Under the pieces are notes generated by a model. That model saw nothing but the letters and a program-made list of their open reading frames with translations, did no database searches and was not told the DNA's origin. A program made the translations under genes and the position numbers. From a virus (taxonomy: Duplodnaviria > Caudoviricetes), in IMG/VR virus record IMGVR_UViG_3300042466_000463, positions 1-55,010 of that record: a stretch of DNA of 55,010 nt. One strand, given 5' to 3'. Below, piece by piece: positions 27,601 through 37,669 of this stretch (within the stretch, counting starts at the first letter, position 1; every line of letters starts with the position of its first letter).

Positions 27601-28618
27601 CTTAGCAGGAAGTTCGATAAATGATACGAATAGATTCTACGATAGCAACCAAGACGAGTATGACCTTCAGCATGGAGATATTGAAAGATTCAAATCTAGA
27701 GATAAGTCTCTTAGAGTATTCCAGCAAAGAAATACAGGAACAGTTCCTATCTTTCAATCCTTAATTCAGGACACATCAGGTTCTAGTCTTATAGCTCAAA
27801 GCGACAGGATATTGAACAAAATTCAGTATTACTCCGGCAATTACGGGATAGGTAATCAGCCATGCTCATTAGCGTCATCTTCTTTCGTTGACTACTTTGT
27901 AGATACTGTAAATGGAGCTATAGTAAGAGTTAGCTTAGATGGTATTACCGCATTAAGTAAGACATACAAACTAGACGATTGGGCTGTTAGTAAGTTATCT
28001 AAATACTATAAGTTCGGATATAAGGATGTGATATTTGGAGCGTACGATAAGTTAAATAATAACTATGTAGTACACCTTCAGTCCGTTGCTAATATAGAGC
28101 CGGATTTAGCTATTACAGACACATATACACTTGCTTTCAACGAGCAAACAAACTCATTTGTTAGTTTCTATAGCTACTATCCAGAAGCAATGGTTTTCTC
28201 TAATGGAGGATTCTATAGCATGAAATCAGGCAAGGCATATATACACGATGTTGCTACAGCAGGCTCAAGAGCTAGGTTCTATGGAGTTGCAGGCGCTTGT
28301 TATATACAATGCGTATTCAACTCTTCAAGAGATGCTAAAAAGAGATTTAATGCATTAACCTACCTTGGAGATGGAGTTTGGGAAGTAGTTTCCAATACGT
28401 CTATAGGACAAGATAGTAACTTGATAGAGGCTGACTTTAGCAATGTAGAAGATAAGAAGCACGCAACAATGCTAAGGGACTCGAATAGCCCAGGAGGGTT
28501 AATTAATGGAGATGTATTGAAGGGTGATTGGATTAAGGTAAAACTATCAGCGAAATCACCGCAAAATAAAGTAAATTTGCATTTAGTAGAAGTAAACTTG
28601 TTAATACAAAATAGATAA
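24620..28618 (+). CDS. Tail muzzle/stabilization protein (P22 gp10-like)
   Basis: 1332 aa, beta-rich; FRYRFVY.DNE.S, YGIG..P.S and SFYSY.PE motifs. Confidence 0.8.
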   Translation: MPQEKKQFQGILNLQDSEDIIQSGHHIDAMNITFRNGIAENILGNRELGSLSLLLPSTGTNVCICAYNDELRGKLIIFNANSLGFDGIYKMSTLDSAAATRIYQAGTASYPNILNFNTANKIHSVNILYGETEADDILLFVDSLGRPTKMKMSRFIANEYSASEINRTYIDVHVNPPMSPIKCTYEHDNAVTANNVRDSLFQFRYRFVYDDNERSTWSQASITPLPFDYLKQQGTKNNSRIALFMSTGGSNVKKIEIAAKETKGEVTSDYFLVDSIDKAILSLSDNSVYKYNFYNNGVYEFLDQREIDLIFDKVPDEANTQELLNGNVIIYGGIKEGYDNPTVTGSLSSELNNYLTQPNGLLFVASSRGEDSSNTAGSIVLTIAGTGTLDVNNTTSILDSVNATGHTYIINMVDSLGAPVNITYDATSQTVDTILAGIGTAATGLGFTVSAISNHSITISKSGVKLLSSSFRANNQNILSDSFNVYSELAKNSFYSFGLVYFDVKGKTNGAVYPIQAFDKSTSEYASFPPLMYDYIVNYIKLSITSRPPSWAVKYSVVRSDNKTIDKQITWVTNDVATGSSDSAISADALVTYVGIQNMGVYNEILNSESGINYDFVEGDRVKFVSRYQTGTFNDLKITYPSGTYDYEIIGTEINPKIGGKARDGKYLKLRYSDLSSDISAQFKVDGSMFFGNYLIVIYRQKKRSSSDKTFFYEFGPSLGIGDAGLATRYHIGNGQASDDNNGNQSTNLTHPALVRFHTGDCYTKYRNNIPIVLGKYEGSLTSYSHNVSAGDKYSTMKMSMPSQDNTSFRVSSQTEQLSNGYGLGDYPLYANDAGFFFFNKSTTEELKIRITGTFRAYGTKTSYMKLVLKKVPSLAPLTVTTTDLTGVVDISNAPVASGSPGAPVEVQFDKVISVRQTDKISLMAEGTTFSQSVVLFSEFNIEVYRNVEKIHVTEELVSDSSRLYFSGNGRPFLFDRTAKRGYYGNLVRYSQNYLAGSSINDTNRFYDSNQDEYDLQHGDIERFKSRDKSLRVFQQRNTGTVPIFQSLIQDTSGSSLIAQSDRILNKIQYYSGNYGIGNQPCSLASSSFVDYFVDTVNGAIVRVSLDGITALSKTYKLDDWAVSKLSKYYKFGYKDVIFGAYDKLNNNYVVHLQSVANIEPDLAITDTYTLAFNEQTNSFVSFYSYYPEAMVFSNGGFYSMKSGKAYIHDVATAGSRARFYGVAGACYIQCVFNSSRDAKKRFNALTYLGDGVWEVVSNTSIGQDSNLIEADFSNVEDKKHATMLRDSNSPGGLINGDVLKGDWIKVKLSAKSPQNKVNLHLVEVNLLIQNR

Positions 28619-28620
28619 TC

Positions 28621-29199
28621 ATGGCAATAGGACCAGCAATAGGAACAGCGATAGGCTTAGGAACCGCAATTTATGGTGGCATATCAGCAGGGAAAGTAAG
28701 AAAAGGATTAGAAAGAGAGATGGCTAATAGACCAGGCCTGTCTACTCCAGCTGCACTATCTAAACTAGTATCAACAGCAGAAGATAGAGAAAGAATGGGG
28801 CTATCTGATGCCGCAAAAAATCTAGCTCAAACAACTGCCGCACAGGGCATGTCTACCGGAATTTCTGCTTTAACTAGGGCAGGTAGAGGTGGTATTATGT
28901 CAGGAGCAAGTAATCTTATTAGAACTCAACAAGAAGCAGCTAATCAATTAGCTGTTCAGGATGAAAATGCTAGATTAAGAAATCAAGCTGCGGCACAACA
29001 GGCTAGAGGCATGATGGCTCAGAACCAAATGGCAATACAAAAAGATAGACAAGAAGCATATCAAGAAAAACTATCTTTCTTGAATCAGAGATATAATCAA
29101 ATGCAAGGGTTAGCTAGTCAAGGATTAGGTGTGGCGGCATCATCTGCAGCAAAAATTGAGAAAAATCCATTTGCAGGATTATTTAAGAAAAACCCATAA
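28621..29199 (+). CDS. Ejection/cargo protein (small, Gly/Ala/Gln-rich)
   Basis: N-terminal GxxxG hydrophobic helix; lies after the muzzle gene. Confidence 0.65.
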   Translation: MAIGPAIGTAIGLGTAIYGGISAGKVRKGLEREMANRPGLSTPAALSKLVSTAEDRERMGLSDAAKNLAQTTAAQGMSTGISALTRAGRGGIMSGASNLIRTQQEAANQLAVQDENARLRNQAAAQQARGMMAQNQMAIQKDRQEAYQEKLSFLNQRYNQMQGLASQGLGVAASSAAKIEKNPFAGLFKKNP

Positions 29200-29208
29200 A
29201 CCAAAACA

Positions 29209-30531
29209 ATGGCAGCATTTAAGTTTAATTTACAACAACTCGATTTAACAGGAGCTTATGATAGGTACCTTAAAGAGTTAGAGGAGCAAAAGAAGCAGGA
29301 GATATATGATAACAAGCTTGTAGAGCAGGAGGTTAATGATTTTACCAAATACTACAATATAAAGAATATCAGGGATATAGATGCTAACTTGTTAAAGGCT
29401 TCATTTGGTGAATATAGAGATGCTGCAAATAAATTTAATAAAGCTACTAGAAGAGGCAATGTAGATGAGGCAAACGCTAATAGAGAAAAGATGCAGAAAG
29501 CGACTGTTGATATGGGTGATATCTACAGGAGGTCTTCTTCAGCAAAGACTGTTCTTGCAGACTTAGCTGTCATGAAGAAAAAAGAAATAAATGGAGAGAT
29601 TGTGATAGACGATGATGAGTATAATAAGAAATTTACATTATTCAAGACAGGTAACCTAGATGATATAACAACTAATTATGGTACTGAAGATACATGGGGA
29701 GACGTGGTGAATTCCGTATCTCTTAATAATAACAAGTATAATCAAGGTCTTGCTAAATCTATAAATGCGTTCCAGCTTCCTTCTGTTTCAATAGATAAGA
29801 ATCAGAATTTCATAAAAACGGGAACTCCTGTTAGTTATGAGGTTAGGAAATTAGCTAATGGAGATGAAGTGAAATACCCTGTGTATGAGTATAAACCGGA
29901 CTATCAAAAGGCTTTAGTTCAAGCTAGCCTTCAGCCAGAGTCTTATAAAAAGAAGACAATGAGCGATATTAATGCAACCATAGCTCAAGGTGGAGTTAAT
30001 GGAGATGTGGCAAAACAGATACTTCAGAAAGCAGCAACAGCGTTTGGTAAGGCTCCTGAATCAGTTACAGCAGACGAGTTGCTTGCATACAAAATAGCTG
30101 GAGAAACTAGAAAGGATATAGACGAGAAAGAGGGTATGAGTATCTATGAGCTTAATATAAAGAATGCTCAGATTAAATACAAGAAAGAGCTTGATGATAA
30201 GAAACTGCAAATTGCAAAAGCTAGGGCAGCTAATAAAGGCAAGGGAGGTTCAGGCAAAATAACAGGACTAGAAATTACTGCCATAAAGAATTATTATGAT
30301 GCATCAAAAGGAGATTTTACTGACAATGCCACAGGTGAAATTAAACCAGGTAAAGAGGCTATTTTTCAAGCATGGCTAAATGGGTTAACGGAATCCGACG
30401 GAACTACTAATAAGGTTATTCAATTTTTCCATAAAGTAGCTCCTAAAACCAAGACAGACCCTAAAGAAATGAATAGGGTGCTTCAAGGGTACATGAAAAA
30501 TCCACAGAGCCTATACGGAGCAATGCAATAA
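29209..30531 (+). CDS. Ejection/cargo protein
   Basis: 440 aa, helical; synteny. Confidence 0.55.
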   Translation: MAAFKFNLQQLDLTGAYDRYLKELEEQKKQEIYDNKLVEQEVNDFTKYYNIKNIRDIDANLLKASFGEYRDAANKFNKATRRGNVDEANANREKMQKATVDMGDIYRRSSSAKTVLADLAVMKKKEINGEIVIDDDEYNKKFTLFKTGNLDDITTNYGTEDTWGDVVNSVSLNNNKYNQGLAKSINAFQLPSVSIDKNQNFIKTGTPVSYEVRKLANGDEVKYPVYEYKPDYQKALVQASLQPESYKKKTMSDINATIAQGGVNGDVAKQILQKAATAFGKAPESVTADELLAYKIAGETRKDIDEKEGMSIYELNIKNAQIKYKKELDDKKLQIAKARAANKGKGGSGKITGLEITAIKNYYDASKGDFTDNATGEIKPGKEAIFQAWLNGLTESDGTTNKVIQFFHKVAPKTKTDPKEMNRVLQGYMKNPQSLYGAMQ

Positions 30532-30558
30532 TAGCGGAACTCCTTAGTATAAAATTGG

Positions 30559-30592
30559 TTAGCTTTGCATATTACTGTAAAGCTAATTTTTT
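30559..30592 (+). terminator. Terminator-like hairpin containing a TAGCTTTG -7 element
   Basis: ttagctttgca-tattac-tgtaaagctaa, then tttttt, then ATG 30593. Confidence 0.6.
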
Positions 30593-33500
30593 ATGGAAGA
30601 TATCCAAAACGATAATCAACAAGAGCCTAAAAACGGAGGCTCTCCAAAAAACGGAGGCTCTTCAATAGGACCACCGAAACCAATAACGCTTCCAAATACT
30701 GGAATACTAAGACGTATTTTCGAAAAAGGAATTCAAGATGGAACTATCCAGCCAGGACCCATTAGTCCTGCTAAAAAAGTTGAAAGATTATTCATAGGTA
30801 ATACCTCAGAGGCTCAACCTAAACCTATCTCTATGCAAGGTGCCGGAATGGGAAAGCTTCCTAGAATAAAAGAACAACCTAAGCCTACATTAATTGGTCA
30901 GTTAGAGAAAGGTAAGCCAGTGGTAATAAGCAGTGATGATATTAATAAAATACAGAGCCTTGGTGACATACAGTCGTTTATTCCTAAAAGAATAATAACG
31001 GAAAAAGAGATAGAGGCTAATAGAACTAAATACCTTCCTGAAGCTATTACAAATACTATTGAAATAGCTAGAAATAGCGCACAGAATAAAGACTTATTTG
31101 ATAAAACCGTAGCTCCAAATCTTAGGAAAACATTACAAGAAGATTTTAATTCAGGAGAACTTAGTGTTAAATTAAATAAGGATAGATACCCTGTTATGAC
31201 TAGGGTAGTAGATGGATTTATTGAAAATATATTCAATGGAGTAATAGATAAGAAAAATATAATAGCATACGCTGATGAACATGATAGGCTAAGTGATGAA
31301 GAAAGAATACAGTTCTATTCAGGTAAAAGTACATTTAGGGTTCCTGTGCTATCTCAGGTAGGCTCTCCAACAAAAGACATTTATTCAGAAAGACCTAATC
31401 AAGAATATCAAGGTGCCGTTCCTACTGAAAGAGGAAAGGTAGGTGAAATAGCATACTCTATTGGTGGCGTACTTCCTGACCTTGGTACAGGTGTAATAAC
31501 CGCTCCACTAAACTTAGTAGTTCCAGGATATAGTATAGCTGCAGTTGGTGCTGTTCAAGGAAGAGTAAGCGGAATCAATGCAGCGCAAGAAGCATTTCAG
31601 GTTGCAAAACAGAATGGACTATCTGATGAAGAGGCTTTACAGGTAGCTAAAAATGCAGAGAAAAGAGGAGCTGTTACAGGAGCTTTAGAAGGTGCTGCTA
31701 GTCAGTACTTTGGTACTAAAATATTCAAAGCATTCTCTAATCCTGCGACTAAAACAGCATTAACAGGATTTGCAAATCAAGCTAAAAGCTTTTTTAAGAA
31801 CGCTGTAACTAAAACAGGTAAGACCGCAGGAGCATTAGCATCCGATATGGGTGTAGCTGGTTTTATGGAAGCTGTTAGACAGCAAGGGTTAGCTGACGAG
31901 GGATTAATAAATCCAAACGCAAGCAAGCAGATTATATCAAACATTGAGATGGAAGGTTTGGTTGGACTTATATTTGCCATTGCCGGTAAGGCTGTTAAAG
32001 TATCTAAGAACTTAAATTCTTATGCAACATCAGTATTGGCTACAATGGACCCTGATGATATGGTTGACTATGCAACTGAATTAGAGTTAACTGGACAAGT
32101 AGAACCCGGATTTGCGAATACTGTTAGAGATGAAGTTAATAAATATAAGGAAGCCAAAAAAGCAGCAGGTGACAATGTTGATGTTGAAATTGAACCCACT
32201 GTCGTTGGTTTGATAATGAAGAAGAAGAATCTTCAAGAAAAACTAAAAGCTGCTGATGAAACAATTAAGCCTCAGATACAAGCAGAAATAGACGAATTAA
32301 ATACAAGAATTACTACTACACTTGATACGAAAGTTCCTCAAGAAGTAGATGATAAAACACAATCTAAAATAGAACAAGATGCCACTAAAGAAATCGAGCA
32401 AGTCCCTACCGTACAAGAAGGCGGTACAACAGAACCTACGGGAACTCTTCCTGGACAACAAGAAGTCGGGCAAGGAGAAGGGGGCCAACGGCAAACCACG
32501 CAGCAAGGAGCAAATATTGGCGATAGCAATATCGGCAGCCAAGCGCAAGTAACAGAAGCGCAACCAACAGAAACAGGTAAGGAGAAAACTAAAAAAGCTG
32601 GGGATGCTATTAGGGCTTTCAAAATAAAACAAACTCCAAATACACTAGACACTAATGTGTTCGGTATACCTATAGCAATGTATAATACAGTTCTAGATGT
32701 TGCTGCAAATGCCGCTGATTTAGGAGCCGATGTTGTAGAAGCTGTTAGGACATACCTATCCGAACAGAACCCTGAAGATATAGCCGGCATTGATGAAAAT
32801 GCTTTAATTGAAGATGTTAAGTCTAAAATCCCTAAGCAAGAAGCTGCTACTATTGAGCAAACCAAAAAAGCATCCTTAAAGGAATCCATGGATGCAAACT
32901 CTGATAAAAGAGTTCAAGAAGAAAAGAAAGCCGCTAGAACCGTAAACAAAACAGCATGGAGAAAACTTTTAAAGGCTGTTGATGATAATCAGGTTAACGT
33001 AATAAAGGAATTAAGAAAGACAGGTAGATTTTCTGATTTATTAGTTTCGGCATTAGAGGCTACTAGACATACGTCTACAGATTCAAATCAAAGAATATCA
33101 GATTTCGATAACAATGTTTATAATGGATTAAGCGAAAAGCCTAGTATTGAAATAGAAGGTTCTTTATATAGCGAAAAAGATTTGCTAAATAAGGTTATAA
33201 TGGCTAAGAGAATTATAGAGATTCAAAAAATGCTTGGAGACAAGTTTGGTAGATTCCAGTCATTAGACGCAGAATACAATGCAGCATTAGAAGCGTATGC
33301 AGCAATAGATGAAGCAACAGCCAAGAACAAGAAGAAGTTTGATAAAGTTGCTGATAAAATAAAAGACTTAAACAGACAAATAGTAGAAGCTAATTTAGAT
33401 GAAAACAATCAAGAAGGATTCGACAAATTAGTTGATGCTGTTAGAGTGCAGCACGATAAGGCAGATGCTATACTAGCTGAGATGGAGTCGTTTTCTGAAG

Positions 33501-36409
33501 AAACTAAACAGGCTGTTGCTAGAGTTAGAGAATCAAGAAACAAAAGACAAGACGCCTTAGAGTATATAGCAGATAGAGGTGTTTTAATACGAAATGAAGA
33601 TGGAAGCTACTCTTTAGGAAAATATAAAATGGGAACCGTTGAGGGAGGAACTCCTTATACTATAGATAACGCTAATGATGTTTTAGGAGCAATATCTCAA
33701 ACTGAAGCGTTTTCTGATATAGATGCAAGGTCTGAAGCTGCTTTCGAAGGATTTAAAAAAATTCTAGATGAGCAGTACGAGGCTGGATTGATTCCTCAAG
33801 CTGTATATGATGACTTATCTAAATACAAGTATGTTCCTATTAGATATATATCAAGTGTATTAATGGATGGCAATAGCGCTTTCATGAAGAGTAAAGGAGG
33901 GGCTAATATAAAAGCACTAACAGGCGGCTCTGATGGCTCTGTTATAACAGACTATTCTACGCTATTCAATATATACTCAACAACCGCTCTAAAGAATATA
34001 GCTACAAATAAGGTTTTACAAATGCTAGAGAGTGCTATTAAGTCTGACCTTCCTCAGATGAAAGCTACTAACATGTACAACCAAAACATGGCTGTTGAAT
34101 TAGCGGAGACTGAAAAGAATAGAGATGGTACAGATAAGGTAGATAAATTCGGCAACAAGGTTTATAAAAAACCTAAAGCAGGATATACCAACATGAAAGT
34201 TCATAATAAAGACGGAATAACAATGTTATCCGCTCCTACATGGTTTGCAGATGAGTTTTATGGTAACTCTGAATACAATAAGGGGTTAAGTATGCTATCT
34301 TCAGCACTTGGAGTTAACTTGCTTAGAAAATCTGTTACTATTGCAAACCCAGCTTTTGGTATAGCACAGTTAGTAACACTAGACCCTATCCAAGCGATAC
34401 TAACAGCTAAAGGATTTAATCCGATACTTCCCGTTGCTTACGCTGAGGTGGTAGCTCAATGGCCTTCTGTAGCAAAGAGTATATTTAAAAAAGATGCTCT
34501 TTATAACGAAGCTGTTAAGAATGGTGTGTTTGGCGATATGGCAGCAAGGTCTGGCATAGATAAGTTCTATGATAACACGATATTTACAGGAATAAAAGAT
34601 ATAGATGATAATGTTGCTGATAAAAGCATATTTGAAAAAGTTTTATTTGGAGCTGATATATCTAATATTCCAGGAATAAAACAAGCTATTCAATTCGGAG
34701 AATCAACAGTAGGCGCATCAGAGAAGATGACAAGACTTATAGTTTATAAAAAGTCTAAGAAGTATTTCATTGATAAAGGTTTCTCTTCAGAAGAGGCAGG
34801 TCAATTAGCAGCATCTGAAGCTAGAAATACTGCAAACTTCTCTAGAGCTGGAGATGTTATAAAACAAGCTAACCATGTAATACCATACCTATCTGCAGCA
34901 TACGCTACTAAAAGAGCTGTTGTTAAGTCAATAAAGAGAGACCCTGCAAAAGCAACTTTCGTAATTTCACAAATGGCATTAGGTGGTATGGCTGTTACTT
35001 TATGGTCTATCGGTGCATTCTCTGATGATGAAAAAGAAAAAGAGTATTGGGGTGAAATGTACAAGGCACTTCCTGATTATTACAAGAAGAATTACGTTGT
35101 AATAAGAAACCCTTCTCACAATATAGGAGATGATATTACAAATGCATTTATTAGAATTCCTCTACCTTTTGGAGCAAAAGAAATGTACACAGGAGTTATA
35201 AGCGCTAAAATGGGAGAGTACATGGATGAAGCAACAACTCCAAGAGAAGCCGCTATATCTTCGATATTATCAGCTCTTGATATGGTAGGATTAGAAGATG
35301 TTTCATTACCTCCTCTTGCAAATGCCTTGGTTAAGTATAAATTAAATATAGACCCGTATACCGGCAATAAGATAGTTTATGATGAATCTACAGGAGAATA
35401 TAGCTATACAGAAGAAAAGCAGGGAACATTACCTATGATTCAAGCTGCAGCACAAAAAACTAAAGCATTCTCTGCTCCTAGATTGCAGGCTGCTATAGAA
35501 TCATATACAGGAAAGTTTGAAAGAAACCCTTTCACTCAGATAGTAGTTAATTCATTGAACTCTATGTACGAGTTTGCTGCAGGCAAAGAAAACTCTGTTA
35601 TTAAATCTATAAAAGATGACCCTAATAAACTCATAGAGAGCCCATTAGCATCTGTATCTGGAAGATTCTTCGCAACCCCTACAAAGTACTATAAGAATAA
35701 GTTTAATCAAATACTTATGGATTATATGTACTCTAAGATTAATAATAATTTTCATGAAGCTCTTGTAGCCTTATCGAATAAAAGAATGGCAAAGATTGGC
35801 ATATCAAATATGACATCTAACGAGCAGATGGAATTCTTTGTTAAAGATGCTGAAAAATTCTTAAAAGACGTAGAAAGGGATTTAGGTAAAAAAGAGGCTT
35901 TAAAATACGAGAAGAAATTAAGAGACGCAAGAGTTGGAGAACTAAAAGATATACTTAAGTTGCAGATAATTGAGGATGATTCTTTGAAGAGACTATCAAA
36001 AGAGACCAATCCTGTTATTAAAGGAAGGGCAGCTTATGATATATTAAAGGATGCCTCCGACAATGAAAATAGAAAGTTTTTTATAGCTACAGCATTGGAA
36101 TCTACCGAAGAGTGGAAAAATGTTGGAATGAAAGAAGCGTATATAGAAAGAATGCTTGAGGATAAGTTTGGAACAGAGTATAGAGATAAATTCAAAAATA
36201 CATTAAAAGGTAATAGAACTGCTGCAGTAGAGAGTATGTATAGGTCCTCTAAACAGTTTAATTCTGACTCACAAGAGGTAAGAGATGAGAAGTTAGGTAT
36301 ACTTGGTGTAATGGATTTCTATATAGATAGTAAGAACTATGACAGAACAACAAGAAAAGGAGACAATATAACTAAAAGGTTGTTCGGGTTCGACTACCCT
36401 CGGAAGTAA
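30593..36409 (+). CDS. Large ejection/polyvalent protein with LPD38-like C-terminal region
   Basis: 1938 aa; Gly/Ala hydrophobic segments and coiled coils; NFSRAG...IPYL.A...RIPLPFG...N.DPYTG.KIV pattern at about 34820-35620. Confidence 0.7.
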   Translation: MEDIQNDNQQEPKNGGSPKNGGSSIGPPKPITLPNTGILRRIFEKGIQDGTIQPGPISPAKKVERLFIGNTSEAQPKPISMQGAGMGKLPRIKEQPKPTLIGQLEKGKPVVISSDDINKIQSLGDIQSFIPKRIITEKEIEANRTKYLPEAITNTIEIARNSAQNKDLFDKTVAPNLRKTLQEDFNSGELSVKLNKDRYPVMTRVVDGFIENIFNGVIDKKNIIAYADEHDRLSDEERIQFYSGKSTFRVPVLSQVGSPTKDIYSERPNQEYQGAVPTERGKVGEIAYSIGGVLPDLGTGVITAPLNLVVPGYSIAAVGAVQGRVSGINAAQEAFQVAKQNGLSDEEALQVAKNAEKRGAVTGALEGAASQYFGTKIFKAFSNPATKTALTGFANQAKSFFKNAVTKTGKTAGALASDMGVAGFMEAVRQQGLADEGLINPNASKQIISNIEMEGLVGLIFAIAGKAVKVSKNLNSYATSVLATMDPDDMVDYATELELTGQVEPGFANTVRDEVNKYKEAKKAAGDNVDVEIEPTVVGLIMKKKNLQEKLKAADETIKPQIQAEIDELNTRITTTLDTKVPQEVDDKTQSKIEQDATKEIEQVPTVQEGGTTEPTGTLPGQQEVGQGEGGQRQTTQQGANIGDSNIGSQAQVTEAQPTETGKEKTKKAGDAIRAFKIKQTPNTLDTNVFGIPIAMYNTVLDVAANAADLGADVVEAVRTYLSEQNPEDIAGIDENALIEDVKSKIPKQEAATIEQTKKASLKESMDANSDKRVQEEKKAARTVNKTAWRKLLKAVDDNQVNVIKELRKTGRFSDLLVSALEATRHTSTDSNQRISDFDNNVYNGLSEKPSIEIEGSLYSEKDLLNKVIMAKRIIEIQKMLGDKFGRFQSLDAEYNAALEAYAAIDEATAKNKKKFDKVADKIKDLNRQIVEANLDENNQEGFDKLVDAVRVQHDKADAILAEMESFSEETKQAVARVRESRNKRQDALEYIADRGVLIRNEDGSYSLGKYKMGTVEGGTPYTIDNANDVLGAISQTEAFSDIDARSEAAFEGFKKILDEQYEAGLIPQAVYDDLSKYKYVPIRYISSVLMDGNSAFMKSKGGANIKALTGGSDGSVITDYSTLFNIYSTTALKNIATNKVLQMLESAIKSDLPQMKATNMYNQNMAVELAETEKNRDGTDKVDKFGNKVYKKPKAGYTNMKVHNKDGITMLSAPTWFADEFYGNSEYNKGLSMLSSALGVNLLRKSVTIANPAFGIAQLVTLDPIQAILTAKGFNPILPVAYAEVVAQWPSVAKSIFKKDALYNEAVKNGVFGDMAARSGIDKFYDNTIFTGIKDIDDNVADKSIFEKVLFGADISNIPGIKQAIQFGESTVGASEKMTRLIVYKKSKKYFIDKGFSSEEAGQLAASEARNTANFSRAGDVIKQANHVIPYLSAAYATKRAVVKSIKRDPAKATFVISQMALGGMAVTLWSIGAFSDDEKEKEYWGEMYKALPDYYKKNYVVIRNPSHNIGDDITNAFIRIPLPFGAKEMYTGVISAKMGEYMDEATTPREAAISSILSALDMVGLEDVSLPPLANALVKYKLNIDPYTGNKIVYDESTGEYSYTEEKQGTLPMIQAAAQKTKAFSAPRLQAAIESYTGKFERNPFTQIVVNSLNSMYEFAAGKENSVIKSIKDDPNKLIESPLASVSGRFFATPTKYYKNKFNQILMDYMYSKINNNFHEALVALSNKRMAKIGISNMTSNEQMEFFVKDAEKFLKDVERDLGKKEALKYEKKLRDARVGELKDILKLQIIEDDSLKRLSKETNPVIKGRAAYDILKDASDNENRKFFIATALESTEEWKNVGMKEAYIERMLEDKFGTEYRDKFKNTLKGNRTAAVESMYRSSKQFNSDSQEVRDEKLGILGVMDFYIDSKNYDRTTRKGDNITKRLFGFDYPRK

Positions 36410-36441
36410 AAATAGCTTAAATTTGCATAAAATAATAACTT

Positions 36442-36972
36442 ATGCCTTTTGAAGCAATAATAACACCGTCTCAAGGCTCAAACTGTGCTAGATTTACGGT
36501 TGCCGATACTTCTACATACACAGTAGAAGCAAAGGGGACATTTACGTCTAGAAGATTAACCTTACAGAAGTCTGACGGCTCTTATGTAACCGTAGGCACT
36601 ACTGTCTATAATAATTATGTATGGCCATATGCTGCCGGAGATTCTATTGAGATTACAGGTCTTACGTGGGACCTAGCTATTACAGCTATACTTCAATTAA
36701 CATCAAGCTCTCCTCAATCAGGAAGCGTATATAATGACACTCAAGTATTTAGCTTAACTTGTTTTACTAATTCAGCATACTTTAGCAATACTAGCCTTAT
36801 GGCTACTAACCAATCATTAGAGAAGAACCCTAAGTTTGTAAGAGACGTGATTAGGCTTTTCATAGAGCAATCTGCTGCCGTAAAAGCTGCTGCAGAAGGT
36901 AATATGTCTAGTGCACAAGCGTCTTTAGATAGAGCTGAATACATAACGAATGACCTTAAAACAGGGTACTAA
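36442..36972 (+). CDS. Virion structural protein (tail hub/collar candidate)
   Basis: 176 aa; TAAATTTG promoter at 36418. Confidence 0.55.
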   Translation: MPFEAIITPSQGSNCARFTVADTSTYTVEAKGTFTSRRLTLQKSDGSYVTVGTTVYNNYVWPYAAGDSIEITGLTWDLAITAILQLTSSSPQSGSVYNDTQVFSLTCFTNSAYFSNTSLMATNQSLEKNPKFVRDVIRLFIEQSAAVKAAAEGNMSSAQASLDRAEYITNDLKTGY

Positions 36973-37664
36973 TGGGATATACTTTAACTCAAATTAATAC
37001 AGTTTTATCTAAGGCTGATAGGTCTATCCATATCCTTGGTAGCGTAGCTTACAATAAAAAGTTTGCCGAGCTAGATGAAACGTATTGGTATGATAGAGAT
37101 ATTATCTTCATATATAAGACGGCTGTAGAATGGGGTAAGGTAAACGACAGAGTAGGAGACCCTAGAATGGACTTTATCGTAGAAAGATTAGAGGCTATGA
37201 TGGAGATATACGACTACGGTACCCTAACTCCAATTTATAGTCAGGTAGCTGCTGTTTTCGGCATTACGACAATAAACTACATTACAGAAGAGGAAGACCC
37301 AACGGTTCCTCAATACGTTAAAAACATAACAGAAAGCAATATTACTCATTGGGAGTCTGCTTATGACGAGAAAATCAACTCTGGTTCTGTTTCAACTCCA
37401 ACAGGAGTTAACCAAAAGACGCTGATACTTAATCAGCAAAATGGAGATACGATTAACATAACGTGGACCGACACTAATTATGTACATGACCAACAAGTTG
37501 CATCAGCCACTTGGGTTATCAACCATAATTTAGGTAAATTTGCATCAATTCATATTGTAGATACGGCAGGGGATGAAATAATAGGAGAGGTTAGGTATAA
37601 CAGTATAAATCAAATGACAGTAACATTCACATCACTAGTAAGTGGTAAAGCATATATAAACTAA
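36972..37664 (+). CDS. Tail fibre attachment/structural protein
   Basis: C-terminal W.INHNLG...SGKAYIN beta domain. Confidence 0.6.
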   Translation: MGYTLTQINTVLSKADRSIHILGSVAYNKKFAELDETYWYDRDIIFIYKTAVEWGKVNDRVGDPRMDFIVERLEAMMEIYDYGTLTPIYSQVAAVFGITTINYITEEEDPTVPQYVKNITESNITHWESAYDEKINSGSVSTPTGVNQKTLILNQQNGDTINITWTDTNYVHDQQVASATWVINHNLGKFASIHIVDTAGDEIIGEVRYNSINQMTVTFTSLVSGKAYIN

Positions 37665-37669
37665 TTACA

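Noticed and set aside
30626-30661. 18-nt tandem duplication (PKNGGS x2)
   Set aside because: Real, but only a small expansion in a disordered N-terminus
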